43,681 nucleotides of DNA from NCBI GenBank assembly GCA_030149025.1, contig JASBSH010000089.1:1-43681 (forward strand), given 5' to 3'. The DNA comes from Actinomycetales bacterium (GTDB lineage Bacteria > Actinomycetota > Actinomycetes > Actinomycetales > BWSM-131). Of the stretch, positions 1 through 11,029 are shown piece after piece. A model generated the notes under the pieces. The model saw nothing but the letters and a program-made list of their open reading frames with translations, made no database searches and was not told the DNA's origin. The position numbers were made by a program, and so were the translations under genes. Each line of letters starts with the position of its first letter. Positions within the stretch are counted from its first letter, which is position 1.

Positions 1-321
1 GAGAGCCACGAAGTTGCCTTGCGGCACCACCTTCGTTGCGACCGTCAGGACGACCCCGTCCTTCACGTACGTGCGGCCCGTGCCGCCTTCTCTCGCTTCG
101 TCCATCTTGGGGTCGAAGCCCTCGAAGCCCTCCCTGTTGCGGCGCAGGCTCACCTCGCCGTCGGCGCCACCCTCGACGTAGTCGCGTACGCCGAGAGGCC
201 ACCGCTTGCACGCCTCGCGGCGCAGGTCCTCGATGGTGGCGCTGCGGGCGACTGCCCTGCGTGCAGAACGGATCTCGGGGCGGCGGAACTGCAGGAGCGT
301 GCGGATCTCGGCGGGTTTCAC
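1..321 (-). CDS. 5' part of an FMN-dependent alpha-hydroxy-acid dehydrogenase (LldD-like) ORF running off the left edge; possibly truncated or fused
   Basis: Not in the ORF track because it is edge-truncated. The minus-strand GTG at 321-319 overlaps the hutI stop (GTGA). The frame is open for all 107 codons down to position 1. The first ~70 aa ([47 protein letters not shown]) look like the LldD/glycolate-oxidase family N-terminus. Similarity is lost after that. Confidence 0.45.
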   Translation of the reverse strand, partial: MKPAEIRTLLQFRRPEIRSARRAVARSATIEDLRREACKRWPLGVRDYVEGGADGEVSLRRNREGFEGFDPKMDEAREGGTGRTYVKDGVVLTVATKVVPQGNFVAL

Positions 322-1493
322 GAGGGGATCTCCAGTGTCCTGGTGAGCGGAACGCCGGGCCGGTACGCGAGGTGGCGATAGCTGGGGGCCTCCAGGACAG
401 CGAGGTCGGCCCGGGCTCCCACCCGCAGGTGGCCGATGTCCTTGCGGCGCAGCGACTTCGCAGCCCCCTCGGTAGCCGCCCAGACCGCCTCCACAGGCGT
501 CATGCGCATCTCGCGGACGGCAAGCGCGGTGCAGATCGGCATCGAGGAGGTGAAGCAGGTACCCGGGTTGCAGTCCGTGGCAAGGGCGACGGTCACCCCG
601 GCGTCGATGAGGCGGCGAGCGTCGGGGTACGGCTGCCTGGTGGAGAACTCCACTCCGGGCAGCAGCGTCGCGACCGTGCTGCTGCCGACCAGCGCGGCGA
701 CGTCCTCGTCGTCGAGGAACGTGCAGTGGTCGACGCTCGCCGCGCCGTGCTCGACGGCGAGCAGGACCCCCGGCCCGTACGACAGCTGGTTGCCGTGGAC
801 CCTCAGCTCCAGACCCGCCTCCTGCCCCGCCTGCAGCACGGCCCGGCTGGCGTCGCCGTCGAAGGCGTGCGGTGACCCCGGCTCGCAGAAGACGTCGATC
901 CATCGCGCATGCGGCGAGCACGCCTGGAGCATCGGGCCGGTGACCAGCTCGACGTACTCGTCGACACGGCCGGAGTACTCGGGCGGGACGACGTGAGCGC
1001 CCAGGAAGGTGGTCTCCTGCGTGAACTCGCGCGCGATCCGCAGGGCGCGGGCCTCGTCGTCAACCGTCAGGCCGTAGCCGCTCTTGATCTCGACGGTGGT
1101 CGTGCCCTGCGCCCGCATCTCGGCTAGCAGCGCCTTGACCCGCCGACGCAGCGTGTCGTCGTCCGCATCCCTGGTCGCCCTGACGGTGGAGGCGATGCCG
1201 CCCCCGTCGTACGGCACGCCGGACATCCGCGCCTCGAACTCGGCCGACCGCTCCCCCGCGAACACCAGGTGCGAGTGGCTGTCCACGAAACCCGGCAGTA
1301 CGGCGCGACCTTCGACATCGACGCGGCGGTCCGCGGCGGGAGCATCAGTAGCCGGACCGACCCAGGCGACGGTGCCGTCGTCCACCACGAGCGCGGCGTC
1401 GTTGACGATGCCGAGCGGGCCCTCGCCTGCCGACGGGTCGTTGGTGACGAGCTCCCCGATTCCGGTGACGACCGTGCTGGTGATCGGGCTCAC
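318..1493 (-). CDS. hutI: imidazolonepropionase
   Basis: Amidohydrolase-fold ORF with the [10 protein letters not shown] metal-binding motif and a GELVTNDP N-terminus, placed last in the hut operon. The track ORF extends to 1535. The GTG at 1493 overlaps the hutF stop (GTGA) and is the more likely start. Confidence 0.9.
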   Translation of the reverse strand: MSPITSTVVTGIGELVTNDPSAGEGPLGIVNDAALVVDDGTVAWVGPATDAPAADRRVDVEGRAVLPGFVDSHSHLVFAGERSAEFEARMSGVPYDGGGIASTVRATRDADDDTLRRRVKALLAEMRAQGTTTVEIKSGYGLTVDDEARALRIAREFTQETTFLGAHVVPPEYSGRVDEYVELVTGPMLQACSPHARWIDVFCEPGSPHAFDGDASRAVLQAGQEAGLELRVHGNQLSYGPGVLLAVEHGAASVDHCTFLDDEDVAALVGSSTVATLLPGVEFSTRQPYPDARRLIDAGVTVALATDCNPGTCFTSSMPICTALAVREMRMTPVEAVWAATEGAAKSLRRKDIGHLRVGARADLAVLEAPSYRHLAYRPGVPLTRTLEIPS

Positions 1494-2815
1494 GTGTTCT
1501 CCCACAACGGCTCGATGGCGTTCCTGAGTAGCCACCCGACGTCGCCAAGGACGTGCCGACCCTCGTGCACGATCACGCGACCATCAGCCACCACGGTGTC
1601 GACATCGCTCGCACGCGCGGCCATGACAGCCTGCTCGGGTGTGCCGCCGGCGGTGCGCGGCGAGTCCAGACGCACAGCGACGAGATCCGCCCGGTTGCCG
1701 ACGGCGATCCGCCCCGCGTCGTCCCAACCGAGGCACGCGTGACCGTTCACGGTGAGGACGTCGAGCAGTGCGGCAGGGGTGAACCGGCCCCGCCGGCCGG
1801 TGGCGAGCCGCTCGTAAGACTCCACCAGCCGCGCCTCCTCCAGCAGGTCGACGAGGGCGTGCTGGTCGGTCCCGACGCTGAGCGGCGAACCGGCGTCGGC
1901 CAGGGCCCGGAACGGGCCGATCCCGTCGGCCAGGTCCGCCTCGGTGGTCGGGCACGCGCACACCGTGGTTCGGGTCCTGCCCAGCAGCTCGATGTCGCCG
2001 AGGGTCAGGTGCGTGGCGTGCACGGCGGTCGTGTCCGGGCCGAGGACGCCCCGGTCGGCGAGGAGGGCGGTAGGTGTGAGGCCGTAGAACGCCTCACAGG
2101 CCTCGTTCTCCTTCGGCTGCTCGGACAGGTGGACGTGCAGGGGTCGTCCCTTGACCGCGGAGACGAGGGGCTGAAGCTGCTCGGCGGGGACGGCGCGCAC
2201 GGAGTGGATGGCGGCACCGATGCGCACGTGTTCGCTGTCGCGCAGGAGGTTCAGGCGCGTGGCCCAGGCCTCGGTGTCCCCGTCGGTGAACCGCACCTGG
2301 ACCGCGTCGAGAGGCAGGTGCCCGCCGGCGTCCAAACCGCCTGCGACGTAACAGGTGTCGAGCAGGGTCAACCGCACTCCGGCCCCGGCGGCTGCCTGGA
2401 TGAGCGCCTGCCCCATGGCGTTCGGGTCGGCGTACGGGCTGCCGCCACGGTCGTGATGCAGGTAGTGGAACTCACCCACCGCGGTGACGCCCGCCAGCGC
2501 CATTTCCGCGTAGGCGGCGCGTGCGAGCGCGAGGTAGCCGTCCGGGTCCAGGCGGTCGGCCACCGCGTACATCCGCTCACGCCAGGTCCAGAACGTGCCG
2601 CCACGGTCGTGGGTGCGACCGCGCAGCGCACGGTGGAAGGCGTGGCTGTGCGCGTTGGCGAAACCGGGGAGGACCAACCCCGGAAGGCGGACGTCCTCCG
2701 CTGCCGCGTCGACGCCGGACGCCACGCCGGTGATGCGCCAGTCCGCGGTCGTGACCCGGACGCCGCGCACCGCGCCCGCCTCGAGCCAGGCGTACTCGCA
2801 CCAGTAGGACGTCAC
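1490..2815 (-). CDS. hutF: formimidoylglutamate deiminase
   Basis: 441 aa deaminase/amidohydrolase fold. N-terminus YWCEYAWL plus [17 protein letters not shown] are typical of HutF. The GTG start overlaps the upstream stop (GTGA). Confidence 0.85.
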   Translation of the reverse strand: MTSYWCEYAWLEAGAVRGVRVTTADWRITGVASGVDAAAEDVRLPGLVLPGFANAHSHAFHRALRGRTHDRGGTFWTWRERMYAVADRLDPDGYLALARAAYAEMALAGVTAVGEFHYLHHDRGGSPYADPNAMGQALIQAAAGAGVRLTLLDTCYVAGGLDAGGHLPLDAVQVRFTDGDTEAWATRLNLLRDSEHVRIGAAIHSVRAVPAEQLQPLVSAVKGRPLHVHLSEQPKENEACEAFYGLTPTALLADRGVLGPDTTAVHATHLTLGDIELLGRTRTTVCACPTTEADLADGIGPFRALADAGSPLSVGTDQHALVDLLEEARLVESYERLATGRRGRFTPAALLDVLTVNGHACLGWDDAGRIAVGNRADLVAVRLDSPRTAGGTPEQAVMAARASDVDTVVADGRVIVHEGRHVLGDVGWLLRNAIEPLWENT

Positions 2816-4026
2816 GCCAGGTTCTCGATCACTCGGGCCAATGCGGCCACGCCGCGGTGGCAGTCGTCGGTCTCGGCGTGCTCGACGGGTGAGTGCGACA
2901 CGCCGGTCAGGTTGCGGACGAACAGCATCGCGGTCGGCACGCCGGCTGCGGAGAGGATGCCGGCGTCGTGACCGGCGCCGGTGGGCAGGACGGGAGCCGG
3001 GGCACCGTCGGGGTCGGCCAGCAGGTTCGCGATTCGGTCGCGGAGGTCGGTGTCGAAGTCGGTGGCCGGCGTCCAGGACTCCTCCACCGGCTCGACGCCG
3101 ACGGCCTCGGCGACCGCGCGCACGACCTTCCGGACGTCTGCCTCGTCGGGACCCCGCGAGTCGAGCCAGGCGATCGCGGCGGACGGGATCGCGTTCACGC
3201 CGTTGGGTTCCACGCGGACCTTGCCGATGGTGGCAAGGGCATCGTGTTCCTCAGCGGCGCTGCGCGCTGCCTGGATGGCCGTCGCGAGGTGGAGCATCGG
3301 GTCTTGCCGGTCCCGCAGCCGGGTGGTACCGGCGTGGTCGGCGCGGCCCCTGAGGTCGAGCCGCCAGCGGCCGTGGGGCCAGATCGAGCTCGCCACCCCG
3401 ACTGCGGCGCCCCGGCCGTCGCGGGCGTCCACGAGCGCACGGCCCTGCTCGACGTGAAGCTCGACGAAGGTTCCGATGCGGCGCAAGGTCTCGTCGTCCC
3501 GTCCCACCTGGCCCGGGTCGAAGCCGGCGGCCGACATGGCCTCGGCCATGGTGGTCCCGTCGGCGTCCTTCAGGCCCCGGGCACGGTCAGCGGCGAGTGC
3601 TCCGGTGATGATCCGGCTGCCGCCGCAGGCGACACCGAACCGGGCTCCCTCCTCGTCGGAGAAGACCGCTATACCGAGCGGCCGGGACGGCGTCCACCCC
3701 TTGTCCCGCAGCGCATCGAGTGCTGCGAGGGACGACACGACACCGAGCGGGCCGTCGAAGGCGCCACCATCCGGAACGGAGTCCAGGTGGCTGCCGATGA
3801 CGAGCCCCGCCCGACCTTCCTTCGCGGCACGGTCGGGGTCACCCCACCACGCCCAGATGTTCCCCCCGCGGTCGGTCGTCACGTCGAGGCCCGCCCGCTC
3901 GGCCTGGGCGGTGAACCACTCGCGGAGGGCCAGATCCTCGGCCGTCCAAGCGAATCGGCGGTAGCCCCCGGTCTGGCGGTCGCGGCCGATCGGGTCCAGC
4001 TCGGCCCACATACCGTCGAACGTCAA
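2812..4026 (-). CDS. M20-family amidohydrolase (allantoate amidohydrolase / N-carbamoyl-L-amino-acid hydrolase family) embedded in the hut operon
   Basis: 404 aa with [19 protein letters not shown] and [10 protein letters not shown] segments typical of this family. The start codon at 4026 is TTG and overlaps the hutU stop. An alternative ATG lies at 4011. Confidence 0.8.
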   Translation of the reverse strand: MTFDGMWAELDPIGRDRQTGGYRRFAWTAEDLALREWFTAQAERAGLDVTTDRGGNIWAWWGDPDRAAKEGRAGLVIGSHLDSVPDGGAFDGPLGVVSSLAALDALRDKGWTPSRPLGIAVFSDEEGARFGVACGGSRIITGALAADRARGLKDADGTTMAEAMSAAGFDPGQVGRDDETLRRIGTFVELHVEQGRALVDARDGRGAAVGVASSIWPHGRWRLDLRGRADHAGTTRLRDRQDPMLHLATAIQAARSAAEEHDALATIGKVRVEPNGVNAIPSAAIAWLDSRGPDEADVRKVVRAVAEAVGVEPVEESWTPATDFDTDLRDRIANLLADPDGAPAPVLPTGAGHDAGILSAAGVPTAMLFVRNLTGVSHSPVEHAETDDCHRGVAALARVIENLA

Positions 4027-5720
4027 CGTGTTTCAACCTCCGTCATCGGCACGCGGACCCCGCGCTCCTCCGCGACCTGGTCGGCGAGCTCGTAGCCGGC
4101 GTCGACGTGCCGGATGACCCCCATACCCGGGTCGTTGGTCAGCACTCGCGCCAGCTTCTGGGCGGCGAGATCGGTGCCGTCAGCAAGGCTGACCTGGCCA
4201 GCGTGGATGCTGCGGCCGATGCCCACGCCACCGCCGTGGTGGATGGAGACCCAGCTCGCGCCGCTGGACGTGTTCACCAGCGCGTTGAGCAGTGGCCAGT
4301 CCGCGATCGCGTCTGAACCGTCTGCCATGGCCTCGGTCTCCCGGTAGGGCGAGGCGACCGAGCCGCAGTCCAGGTGGTCACGACCGATCACGATCGGCGC
4401 GCTGATCTCACCGGACGCGACCAGCTCGTTGAACCGGAGGCCGGCCTTGTCACGCTCGCCGTAGCCGAGCCAGCAGATTCGCGCGGGCAGACCTTGGTAG
4501 GCGACCTTGTCCTGAGCGGCACGGATCCACCGCTGCAGGTGGTCGTTCTCCGGGAACAGGTCCATGACGGCCTTGTCGGTGACCGCGATGTCCTTCTGGT
4601 CTCCCGACAGCGCCGCCCAGCGGAACGGGCCCTTGCCCTCGCAGAACAACGGCCGGATGTACGCGGGCACGAAGCCCGGGAAGGCGAAGGCACGGTCGAA
4701 GCCGCCGAGGCGGGCCTCGTCACGGATCGAGTTGCCGTAGTCGAACACCTCGGCGCCGGCGTCCATGAAGCCGACCATCGCCTCGACGTGCTTGGCCATC
4801 GACGTGCGGGCCCGGTCGGTGAACTCCTCCGGCTTCTTCTCGGCGTAGTGGTGCCAGTCCTCGATGCTGATCCCCTCGGGCAGGTAGCTCAGCGTGTCGT
4901 GCGCGCTGGTCTGGTCGGTGACGATGTCGATCTCGACGCCGCGGCGCAGCAGCTCCGGGAACACCTGGGCGGCGTTGCCGACCAGGCCGACCGAAAGGGC
5001 CCTTTTCTCGCGCTTGGCCTGCAGGGAGCGCTCGATGGCCTCGTCGATGTCGGTGGTGACCTCGTCGAGGTAGCGGTGCTCGACGCGCCGGCGAAGCCTC
5101 GTGGAGTCGACGTCGACGATCAGGCACACGCCCCCGTGGAGGGTCACGGCGAGCGGCTGCGCGCCACCCATCCCTCCGCAGCCGCCCGTCAGGGTCAGCG
5201 TGCCGGCAAGGGTGTTGTCGAACCGCTTGGCGGCCACGGCGGCGAACGTCTCGTACGTGCCCTGGAGGATGCCCTGGGTGCCGATGTAGATCCAGGAGCC
5301 CGCGGTCATCTGGCCGTACATCGTCAGACCGAGGTGCTCGAGGCGGCGGAATTCCGGCCATGTCGCCCAGTCACCGACCAGGTTGGAGTTGGCGATCAGC
5401 ACCCGCGGCGCCCACTCGTGGGTCTGGAAGACACCCACCGGCTTGCCGGACTGCACGAGCATCGTCTCGTCGTCCTTCAGCGTGGTCAGGGTACGCACCA
5501 TCGCGTCGTATGCCGACCAGCTTCGCGCGGCACGGCCGGTCCCGCCGTAGACGACCAGATCGTCCGGGCGCTCAGCGACCTCGGGGTCGAGGTTGTTCTG
5601 CAGCATGCGCAGCGGCGCCTCGGTCTGCCAGCTACGGGCGGTCAGGGTGGTGCCGCGGTTGGCGCGGACTGGGCGTGCACCATCCATCGTAGGTGTCTCC
5701 TTGCTTCTCGGGCGCGGCAT
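4023..5720 (-). CDS. hutU: urocanate hydratase
   Basis: 565 aa with hallmark urocanase segments ([41 protein letters not shown]). Confidence 0.95.
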   Translation of the reverse strand: MPRPRSKETPTMDGARPVRANRGTTLTARSWQTEAPLRMLQNNLDPEVAERPDDLVVYGGTGRAARSWSAYDAMVRTLTTLKDDETMLVQSGKPVGVFQTHEWAPRVLIANSNLVGDWATWPEFRRLEHLGLTMYGQMTAGSWIYIGTQGILQGTYETFAAVAAKRFDNTLAGTLTLTGGCGGMGGAQPLAVTLHGGVCLIVDVDSTRLRRRVEHRYLDEVTTDIDEAIERSLQAKREKRALSVGLVGNAAQVFPELLRRGVEIDIVTDQTSAHDTLSYLPEGISIEDWHHYAEKKPEEFTDRARTSMAKHVEAMVGFMDAGAEVFDYGNSIRDEARLGGFDRAFAFPGFVPAYIRPLFCEGKGPFRWAALSGDQKDIAVTDKAVMDLFPENDHLQRWIRAAQDKVAYQGLPARICWLGYGERDKAGLRFNELVASGEISAPIVIGRDHLDCGSVASPYRETEAMADGSDAIADWPLLNALVNTSSGASWVSIHHGGGVGIGRSIHAGQVSLADGTDLAAQKLARVLTNDPGMGVIRHVDAGYELADQVAEERGVRVPMTEVETR

Positions 5721-5721
5721 C

Positions 5722-7254
5722 TCAGCCGAGGTCGGGGTTGGGAATGGAGTCTGTCGTGATCAGCTGGACCACGGCCTCGATCTCCGGGGCGAGGTAACGG
5801 TCGGGGCCCGGCCCGTAGACGCCGGCCCCGCGGACGGCGTCACGCACGGCCTTCGTGGCGGGTGCTAGCTCGAGTGGGGCGCGAAGGTCGAGAGCCCTTG
5901 CGGCGGTGAGGATCTCGATCGCGAGGACACGAGTGAGCCCGTCGGCGGCTCGCCGGAGCTTGCGGGCGGCGGACCACCCCATGGAGACATGGTCCTCCTG
6001 CATCGCCGAGGACGGAATGGAGTCGGTCGAGGCGGGGACGGCGAGTCGCTTCAGCTCGCTCACGATCCCGGCGGCGGTGTACTGGGCGATCATGTGCCCC
6101 GAGTCGACACCGGGGTCGTCGGCGAGGAACGGTGGTAGGCCGTGGTTCCGGGCGATGTCGAGGAACCGGTCGGTGCGCCGCTCGCTCATGCTGGCGACGT
6201 CCGCAACGGCAATCGCCAGGAAGTCGAGGAAGTACGCGACTGGGGCCCCGTGGAAGTTCCCGTTCGACTCCACGCGCCCGTCGAGGGTGACGACGGGGTT
6301 GTCGATGGCGCTGGCGAGCTCGCGGGACGCCACGAGTGCGGCGTGGTCGACGGTGTCGCGCGCAGCACCATGCACCTGGGGCGAGCAGCGAAGCGAGTAC
6401 GCGTCCTGGACGCGCGTGCACTCGAAGGGCTCCCGGTGGCTCGCCATGACGCCGCTGCCAGCGAGCATCGCCCGGAGGTTCGCAGCCGAGGTGGCCTGGC
6501 CCGGGTGGGGGCGCAGGGCCTGCAAGTCCTCGGCGAAGACGGCATCGGTGCCGAGCTGAGCCTCGACGCTCATGGCCGCGGCGACGTCGGCGACTCGAAG
6601 CAGACGACGCAGGTCGGCGATCGCGAGGACCAGCTGGCCGAGCATGCCGTCGGTGCCGTTGACCAGGGCGAGGCCCTCCTTCTCGGCAAGCTGCACGGGC
6701 TCGATCCCGTTGGCGCGGAGGGCGTCCACGGCCGGGTGGAGGTGACCGTCGCGGTCGCGGACCTGACCTTCACCCATCAGGGCAAGGGCGCAGTGCGCCA
6801 GGGGTGCCAGATCGCCGGAGCAGCCGAGGGAGCCGTACTCGAACACGACCGGGGTGAGGCCCTGGTCGAGCATGCCGGCGTAGGCCAGCGCGGTCTCGAG
6901 GCGAACCCCGGTTCGCCCGGTCGCGAGCGTGGAAAGGCGAAGCAGCATCAGCGCTCGGACCACCTCACGCTCCACCTCGGGACCGGAGCCGGCCGCGTGG
7001 GAGCGGATGAGGCTGCGTTGCAGCTGCGCCCGCATCTCGGCCGGGATGTGCTTGGTGGCGAGGGCGCCGAAGCCAGTGGAGATGCCGTAGTGCGGCTGGG
7101 CGTCGTCGGCGAGGTCCTCGACCACCTTCCTGCTGGCCGAGATCGCCTCGATCGCGTCGTCACCCAGCCGGACGCCCGCCTCGTGCCGCGCGACGGCAAC
7201 GACCTGATTGGGCGCGACAGGGCCGACGCCGACGGTCACGTGGTCTGTGGTCAT
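5722..7254 (-). CDS. hutH: histidine ammonia-lyase
   Basis: 510 aa of the aromatic amino acid lyase family. The MIO-forming region reads [14 protein letters not shown], a CSG variant of the ASG triad. First gene of the hut operon. Confidence 0.93.
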   Translation of the reverse strand: MTTDHVTVGVGPVAPNQVVAVARHEAGVRLGDDAIEAISASRKVVEDLADDAQPHYGISTGFGALATKHIPAEMRAQLQRSLIRSHAAGSGPEVEREVVRALMLLRLSTLATGRTGVRLETALAYAGMLDQGLTPVVFEYGSLGCSGDLAPLAHCALALMGEGQVRDRDGHLHPAVDALRANGIEPVQLAEKEGLALVNGTDGMLGQLVLAIADLRRLLRVADVAAAMSVEAQLGTDAVFAEDLQALRPHPGQATSAANLRAMLAGSGVMASHREPFECTRVQDAYSLRCSPQVHGAARDTVDHAALVASRELASAIDNPVVTLDGRVESNGNFHGAPVAYFLDFLAIAVADVASMSERRTDRFLDIARNHGLPPFLADDPGVDSGHMIAQYTAAGIVSELKRLAVPASTDSIPSSAMQEDHVSMGWSAARKLRRAADGLTRVLAIEILTAARALDLRAPLELAPATKAVRDAVRGAGVYGPGPDRYLAPEIEAVVQLITTDSIPNPDLG

Positions 7255-7533
7255 GGCTCATATGCCACACCCTGGCGGCTTCCCTTCCTACGCCCGGCAG
7301 CAGCTTTCTGTCTCGGATCTCAGATAGAAGACCCGCCTGGGTGCTGAGGTGTGATGCGCCGTCACGGTGCCTCGGCAGCCGAGCGATGCTCGTCCATGAA
7401 CCGAGTGGTCGCGCGGTGGAGCACCTCAACGACTGGGGCGGCAAGAATATTGGTGTCGATTCGGCATCGGCCCTTGGCAGCCGCGGGTTCTGCTCCTATC
7501 GTCATGCCACCAACGACAGTACCCAGCGGAGGT

Positions 7534-9165
7534 ATGATGCGACGAACAGTCGGTGCTCTGGCTGCCACCCTAGCGATGATGTTGACAGTGTGCGGTTCCG
7601 GCGGAGGAACCGCCGAGGGCGGGCAGACAGGCGGGCAGACAGGCGGTCCAGACAGGGCCGACACGCTGACCATCGCGATCTCCTCCGACGAGGGCACGCT
7701 CACGCCATTCACGAACGAGACCGGCTACCCCGGCAATAACCTGGTCAAGCTGATCTTCGATCCGCTGGCGACGCTTCAGGGCGAGGACGTCGTCCCGCTG
7801 CTCGCCGAGAACATCGAGACCACCGATAACCAGACCTATACGATCGCGCTTCGCGAAGGCGTCAAGTGGCAGGACGGTCAGCCGTTCACCGCCGACGACG
7901 TGCTGTTCAGTGTCGACTTCTACCGCGCCAACATGCTGGGCGACTCCGCGATCGACGTACGGCCGATCAAGGACGTCACCGCCGACGGGAACACGGTGAC
8001 CATGACCCTGAACGGTCCTGACCCGGAGTTCCCGCGCCGGATCCTCACCGACATGGCGATACTGCCGGACCACCTGTGGAAGTCGGTCGACGACGTGAGC
8101 AAGGCCGGCACGGAGCTGGCCGTCGGCACCGGCCCCTACAAGCTCACGCAGTACAACCCCGACCGCGGCTACACCTTCGAGGCCAACGCCGACTACGCAA
8201 TGGGCAAGCCCAAGGTTCAAACGATCAAGGTGGTCGTCATCCCCGAGGAGTCAGCGCAGTTCGCGGCGCTGCGCACGGGTGAGATCGACATGTCCACGCG
8301 CATCGTGCCTCCACAACAGATGGAAGCGCTCGGCAACCAGTCGGGAATCGGTCTCATCGACGGTACCGAGTTCGCATCGACCATCATGCTCTTCAACACC
8401 GAGCGGCCGCCGTTCGACCGGGTCGAGGTGCGTCAGGCGCTCGCGAAGGCCATCAACGTGCAGGACGTTGTGGACACGGCCCTGCTGGGGCAGGGTGTGC
8501 CCGGCAGCGCGGGCTTCATCCACCCCGAGTCTCCGGTGGGTGGCAAGGTGATCAAGTCGGCGTACGACGTGGACGCGGCGAACGCCGAGCTGGACGCGCT
8601 GGGGGCGGCCCGGGGTGCAGACGGCATCCGTGTGCTGGACGGCAAGCCGATGTCCTTCGAACTGCTGGTGCAGAGCAGCTCCACCGACCGGCTGCGCAGT
8701 GCCGAGCTGATCCGCGAGATGCTGGACGCGGTCGGCGTCGCGGTGAAGATCAGCTCGCTCGACCCGGACGCGGTCACTGCCAAGGTCTGGCCCGACTACG
8801 ACGTCAAGAACGGCCGCAACTACGACATGTCGATGTGGGGCTGGTCGGGGCCGGTGATGCTGAGCAGCGGCACGATCGCGCAGTTGCTGTACTCCGACCC
8901 CGCCGATGGCACTCTCAACGTCGTGGGCTACAAGGACGACGCCGTGGACGCCACCCTCGACCAGCTCACCTCCGCGCCGACCCTGGAAGAGCGCACCGGG
9001 GTGGCGAGTAAGCTGCAGGACCAGATCGCCGAGGCGATGCCCTGGGTGACTCTGTACTACCGCAACGGCGCCTACGCGTTCCGCGAGGACACCTACGACG
9101 GCTGGACCTGGCAGAACTTCAAGGGAGCGCTGAACAACTTCTCGTTCGTAGACTACAACCTGTGA
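7534..9165 (+). CDS. ABC transporter substrate-binding lipoprotein, family 5 (peptide/nickel/opine type)
   Basis: The track ORF starts at 7351. The internal ATG at 7534 is preceded by GGAGG and gives a lipoprotein signal, MMRRTVGALAATLAMMLTVC. The mature part has the family-5 SBP look and sits in an operon with permeases and an ATPase. Confidence 0.85.
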   Translation: MMRRTVGALAATLAMMLTVCGSGGGTAEGGQTGGQTGGPDRADTLTIAISSDEGTLTPFTNETGYPGNNLVKLIFDPLATLQGEDVVPLLAENIETTDNQTYTIALREGVKWQDGQPFTADDVLFSVDFYRANMLGDSAIDVRPIKDVTADGNTVTMTLNGPDPEFPRRILTDMAILPDHLWKSVDDVSKAGTELAVGTGPYKLTQYNPDRGYTFEANADYAMGKPKVQTIKVVVIPEESAQFAALRTGEIDMSTRIVPPQQMEALGNQSGIGLIDGTEFASTIMLFNTERPPFDRVEVRQALAKAINVQDVVDTALLGQGVPGSAGFIHPESPVGGKVIKSAYDVDAANAELDALGAARGADGIRVLDGKPMSFELLVQSSSTDRLRSAELIREMLDAVGVAVKISSLDPDAVTAKVWPDYDVKNGRNYDMSMWGWSGPVMLSSGTIAQLLYSDPADGTLNVVGYKDDAVDATLDQLTSAPTLEERTGVASKLQDQIAEAMPWVTLYYRNGAYAFREDTYDGWTWQNFKGALNNFSFVDYNL

Positions 9166-10181
9166 CCGACGTTCAGGAGACGTTGCCCGGGAGCACCCTC
9201 GGGCGACGCGGAAGCTGGAGCTACTTCGCCGGGCGGGGCTTGGAGTACGCCCTGGTACTCGCGGTGGCGCTGACGTTGAACTTCGCGCTGCCGCGGGCCC
9301 TGCCCGGTGGCCCCATGAAGCTGTTCGGCAATCCGGAGGCACTGGCTCGGCTGACTGCTGAGGAGCGTGCGCAGATCGCGTCCGAGTACGGATTCGGCCA
9401 GCCGCTGTGGCAGCAGTTCCTCGACTACCTGCAAGGTGTGTTCACTCTCGACCTCGGTACATCGCTTGCTGACGGCCGGCCCGTCACCGAAGCCATCGCC
9501 ACCGCGCTCCCGTGGACGCTGCTGCTGGTCGGCACCAGCATCGTGATCACCGCCCTCCTGGGCGTCTCGCTCGGCGTGCTCGGGGGTCTGCGCCGCCGCG
9601 AGGGCAAGGGAGCCGGGCTGCTTGCGGGCGCGATCGCGCTGGACTCGATCCCGCAGTTCTGGCTGGGCATGCTGCTGATCGTGTTCTTCGGGGTGAAGCT
9701 GCAGGTCTTGCCGACCTTCGGCGTTTCCGATGCCGGTGTGGTGACGATCGGCGGTGTCGCCGAGCATCTGATCCTGCCTGTCGTGACCCTGACCGTGACG
9801 GGGATCGGCTACCTGTTCATGTACACCCGGTCGTCGTTGCTGGCGGTGCTGACCAGCCAGCCGGTAGAGCATGCGCACGCCCGCGGGGTGCCGCGAGGCA
9901 GGCTGGTCCGCCGGCACGTGCTTCGTCCCGCGCTGCTGCCCGTGCACACGATCCTGATGCTCGACATCGGTTTCCTCGCAGCCGGCTCGATCGTCGTGGA
10001 GACGGTGTTCGCCTATCCCGGACTGGGCCGGCTCACCTTCGATGCGATCGCTGCCCGCGACTACCCACTGATGCAGGGCACGTTCCTCGTGCTGACCGTC
10101 ATGGTGGTGCTGATGAACGCTTTGGCGGACCTGACCTACCCGCTGCTCGACCCGCGCGCACGGACGGGAGGTTCCCGATGA
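9162..10181 (+). CDS. ABC transporter permease (OppB/DppB-like)
   Basis: 339 aa multi-TM protein with an OppB-type N-terminus and EAA-loop region. The start overlaps the SBP stop. Confidence 0.85.
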   Translation: MTDVQETLPGSTLGRRGSWSYFAGRGLEYALVLAVALTLNFALPRALPGGPMKLFGNPEALARLTAEERAQIASEYGFGQPLWQQFLDYLQGVFTLDLGTSLADGRPVTEAIATALPWTLLLVGTSIVITALLGVSLGVLGGLRRREGKGAGLLAGAIALDSIPQFWLGMLLIVFFGVKLQVLPTFGVSDAGVVTIGGVAEHLILPVVTLTVTGIGYLFMYTRSSLLAVLTSQPVEHAHARGVPRGRLVRRHVLRPALLPVHTILMLDIGFLAAGSIVVETVFAYPGLGRLTFDAIAARDYPLMQGTFLVLTVMVVLMNALADLTYPLLDPRARTGGSR

Positions 10182-11029
10182 GCACGCTGGCCGTAGCCAC
10201 GCGTCATCGGCTGCTCGGCACGCAGGGGCTGGTCGGTGCCGGGTTGCTGGCGGCCATCGTCGCGATCGCCGTCTACGGAGTCTTCCTTCCCGACAGCGCA
10301 GGGCGTGCACGGGTCGCCGCGCCGTACGCCGAGCCGCAGTCCGGCCTGCCGCTCGGCAGCGACGACCTCGGGCGCAACCTGTTGGAGCAGTTGATCGTAG
10401 GCGCGGGGATCTCGCTCAGCCTGGCCTTCATCGTCGCCGCACTCACCACGCTGATCGCCGCGATCGTCGGTGGACTGGCCGGCATCGGCCCCCGCGGGCT
10501 GTCGGCGCCCCTGATGCGCGGCGCCGACGTCATGCTGGTACTGCCCGAACTGATCCTGTTCATCCTGGCCGCGGCGTTCCTCGGCCAGTCGTTCTGGACG
10601 CGCGTCGCGATCATGGCCGTGATCCTGTGGCCGGTGCCATCGCGGCTTCTGAGGTCCGCCGTGTTGACATCCTGGTCCCGGGGACACCTGGAGGTGGCCC
10701 GGGCCATGGGTGCCCCGCTGTGGTGGGTGCTCGGACGGCACGCGTCGTACATCATCGGGCCGCTACTCGTGCCGGTCTTCGTTCGTACGGCGATGCGCGC
10801 GATCATCTACGACGCGACGCTCTCCTTCCTGGGCCTGGGTGACCCGACGACGCCGAGCTGGGGGACGACGTTGTACTGGGTGCAGGTCAACGGCGTCTTC
10901 CTCTCCGACGCCTGGCTCTGGTGGGCGGTGCCGCCCGGTGCGGCGATCACGCTGACGGTGCTGGCGCTCGCCCTGATCGGTACCTCTGTCGAAGACCGCC
11001 TCAACCCCGCGCTCAAGGACTTCTCGTGA
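10178..11029 (+). CDS. ABC transporter permease (OppC/DppC-like)
   Basis: In-frame ATG at 10178 (ATGA overlap with the previous stop, GGGAGG upstream). The hydrophobic product begins MSTLAVATRHRLLG and contains PLGSDDLGRNLL, typical of OppC. Confidence 0.85.
   Translation: MSTLAVATRHRLLGTQGLVGAGLLAAIVAIAVYGVFLPDSAGRARVAAPYAEPQSGLPLGSDDLGRNLLEQLIVGAGISLSLAFIVAALTTLIAAIVGGLAGIGPRGLSAPLMRGADVMLVLPELILFILAAAFLGQSFWTRVAIMAVILWPVPSRLLRSAVLTSWSRGHLEVARAMGAPLWWVLGRHASYIIGPLLVPVFVRTAMRAIIYDATLSFLGLGDPTTPSWGTTLYWVQVNGVFLSDAWLWWAVPPGAAITLTVLALALIGTSVEDRLNPALKDFS

Noticed and set aside
1565-1579. GTGCACGATCACGCG inside hutF, and CTGCAGCTGCGGGATCACGCG at 34898-34918 inside the Fe-S oxidoreductase gene, partly resemble the 22-bp repeat.
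   Set aside because: Only half of the core matches, or the two halves are out of register by 2 nt. Both lie inside conserved coding sequence and lack the G-rich tail and the 40-bp partner copy.
7255-7533. Possible riboswitch (cobalamin or metal-sensing) in the long leader of the SBP gene.
   Set aside because: I found no GGGAA/B12-box or other class-defining conserved cores. There is only generic GC-rich hairpin potential and one AT-rich patch that may simply be the promoter.
7621-7656. Tandem 12-nt repeat GGGCAGACAGGC x2, plus a degenerate third copy.
   Set aside because: It lies in the coding sequence for the flexible Gly/Thr/Gln linker (GGQTGGQTGGPD) just after the lipoprotein Cys. This is a common low-complexity linker, not a regulatory repeat.
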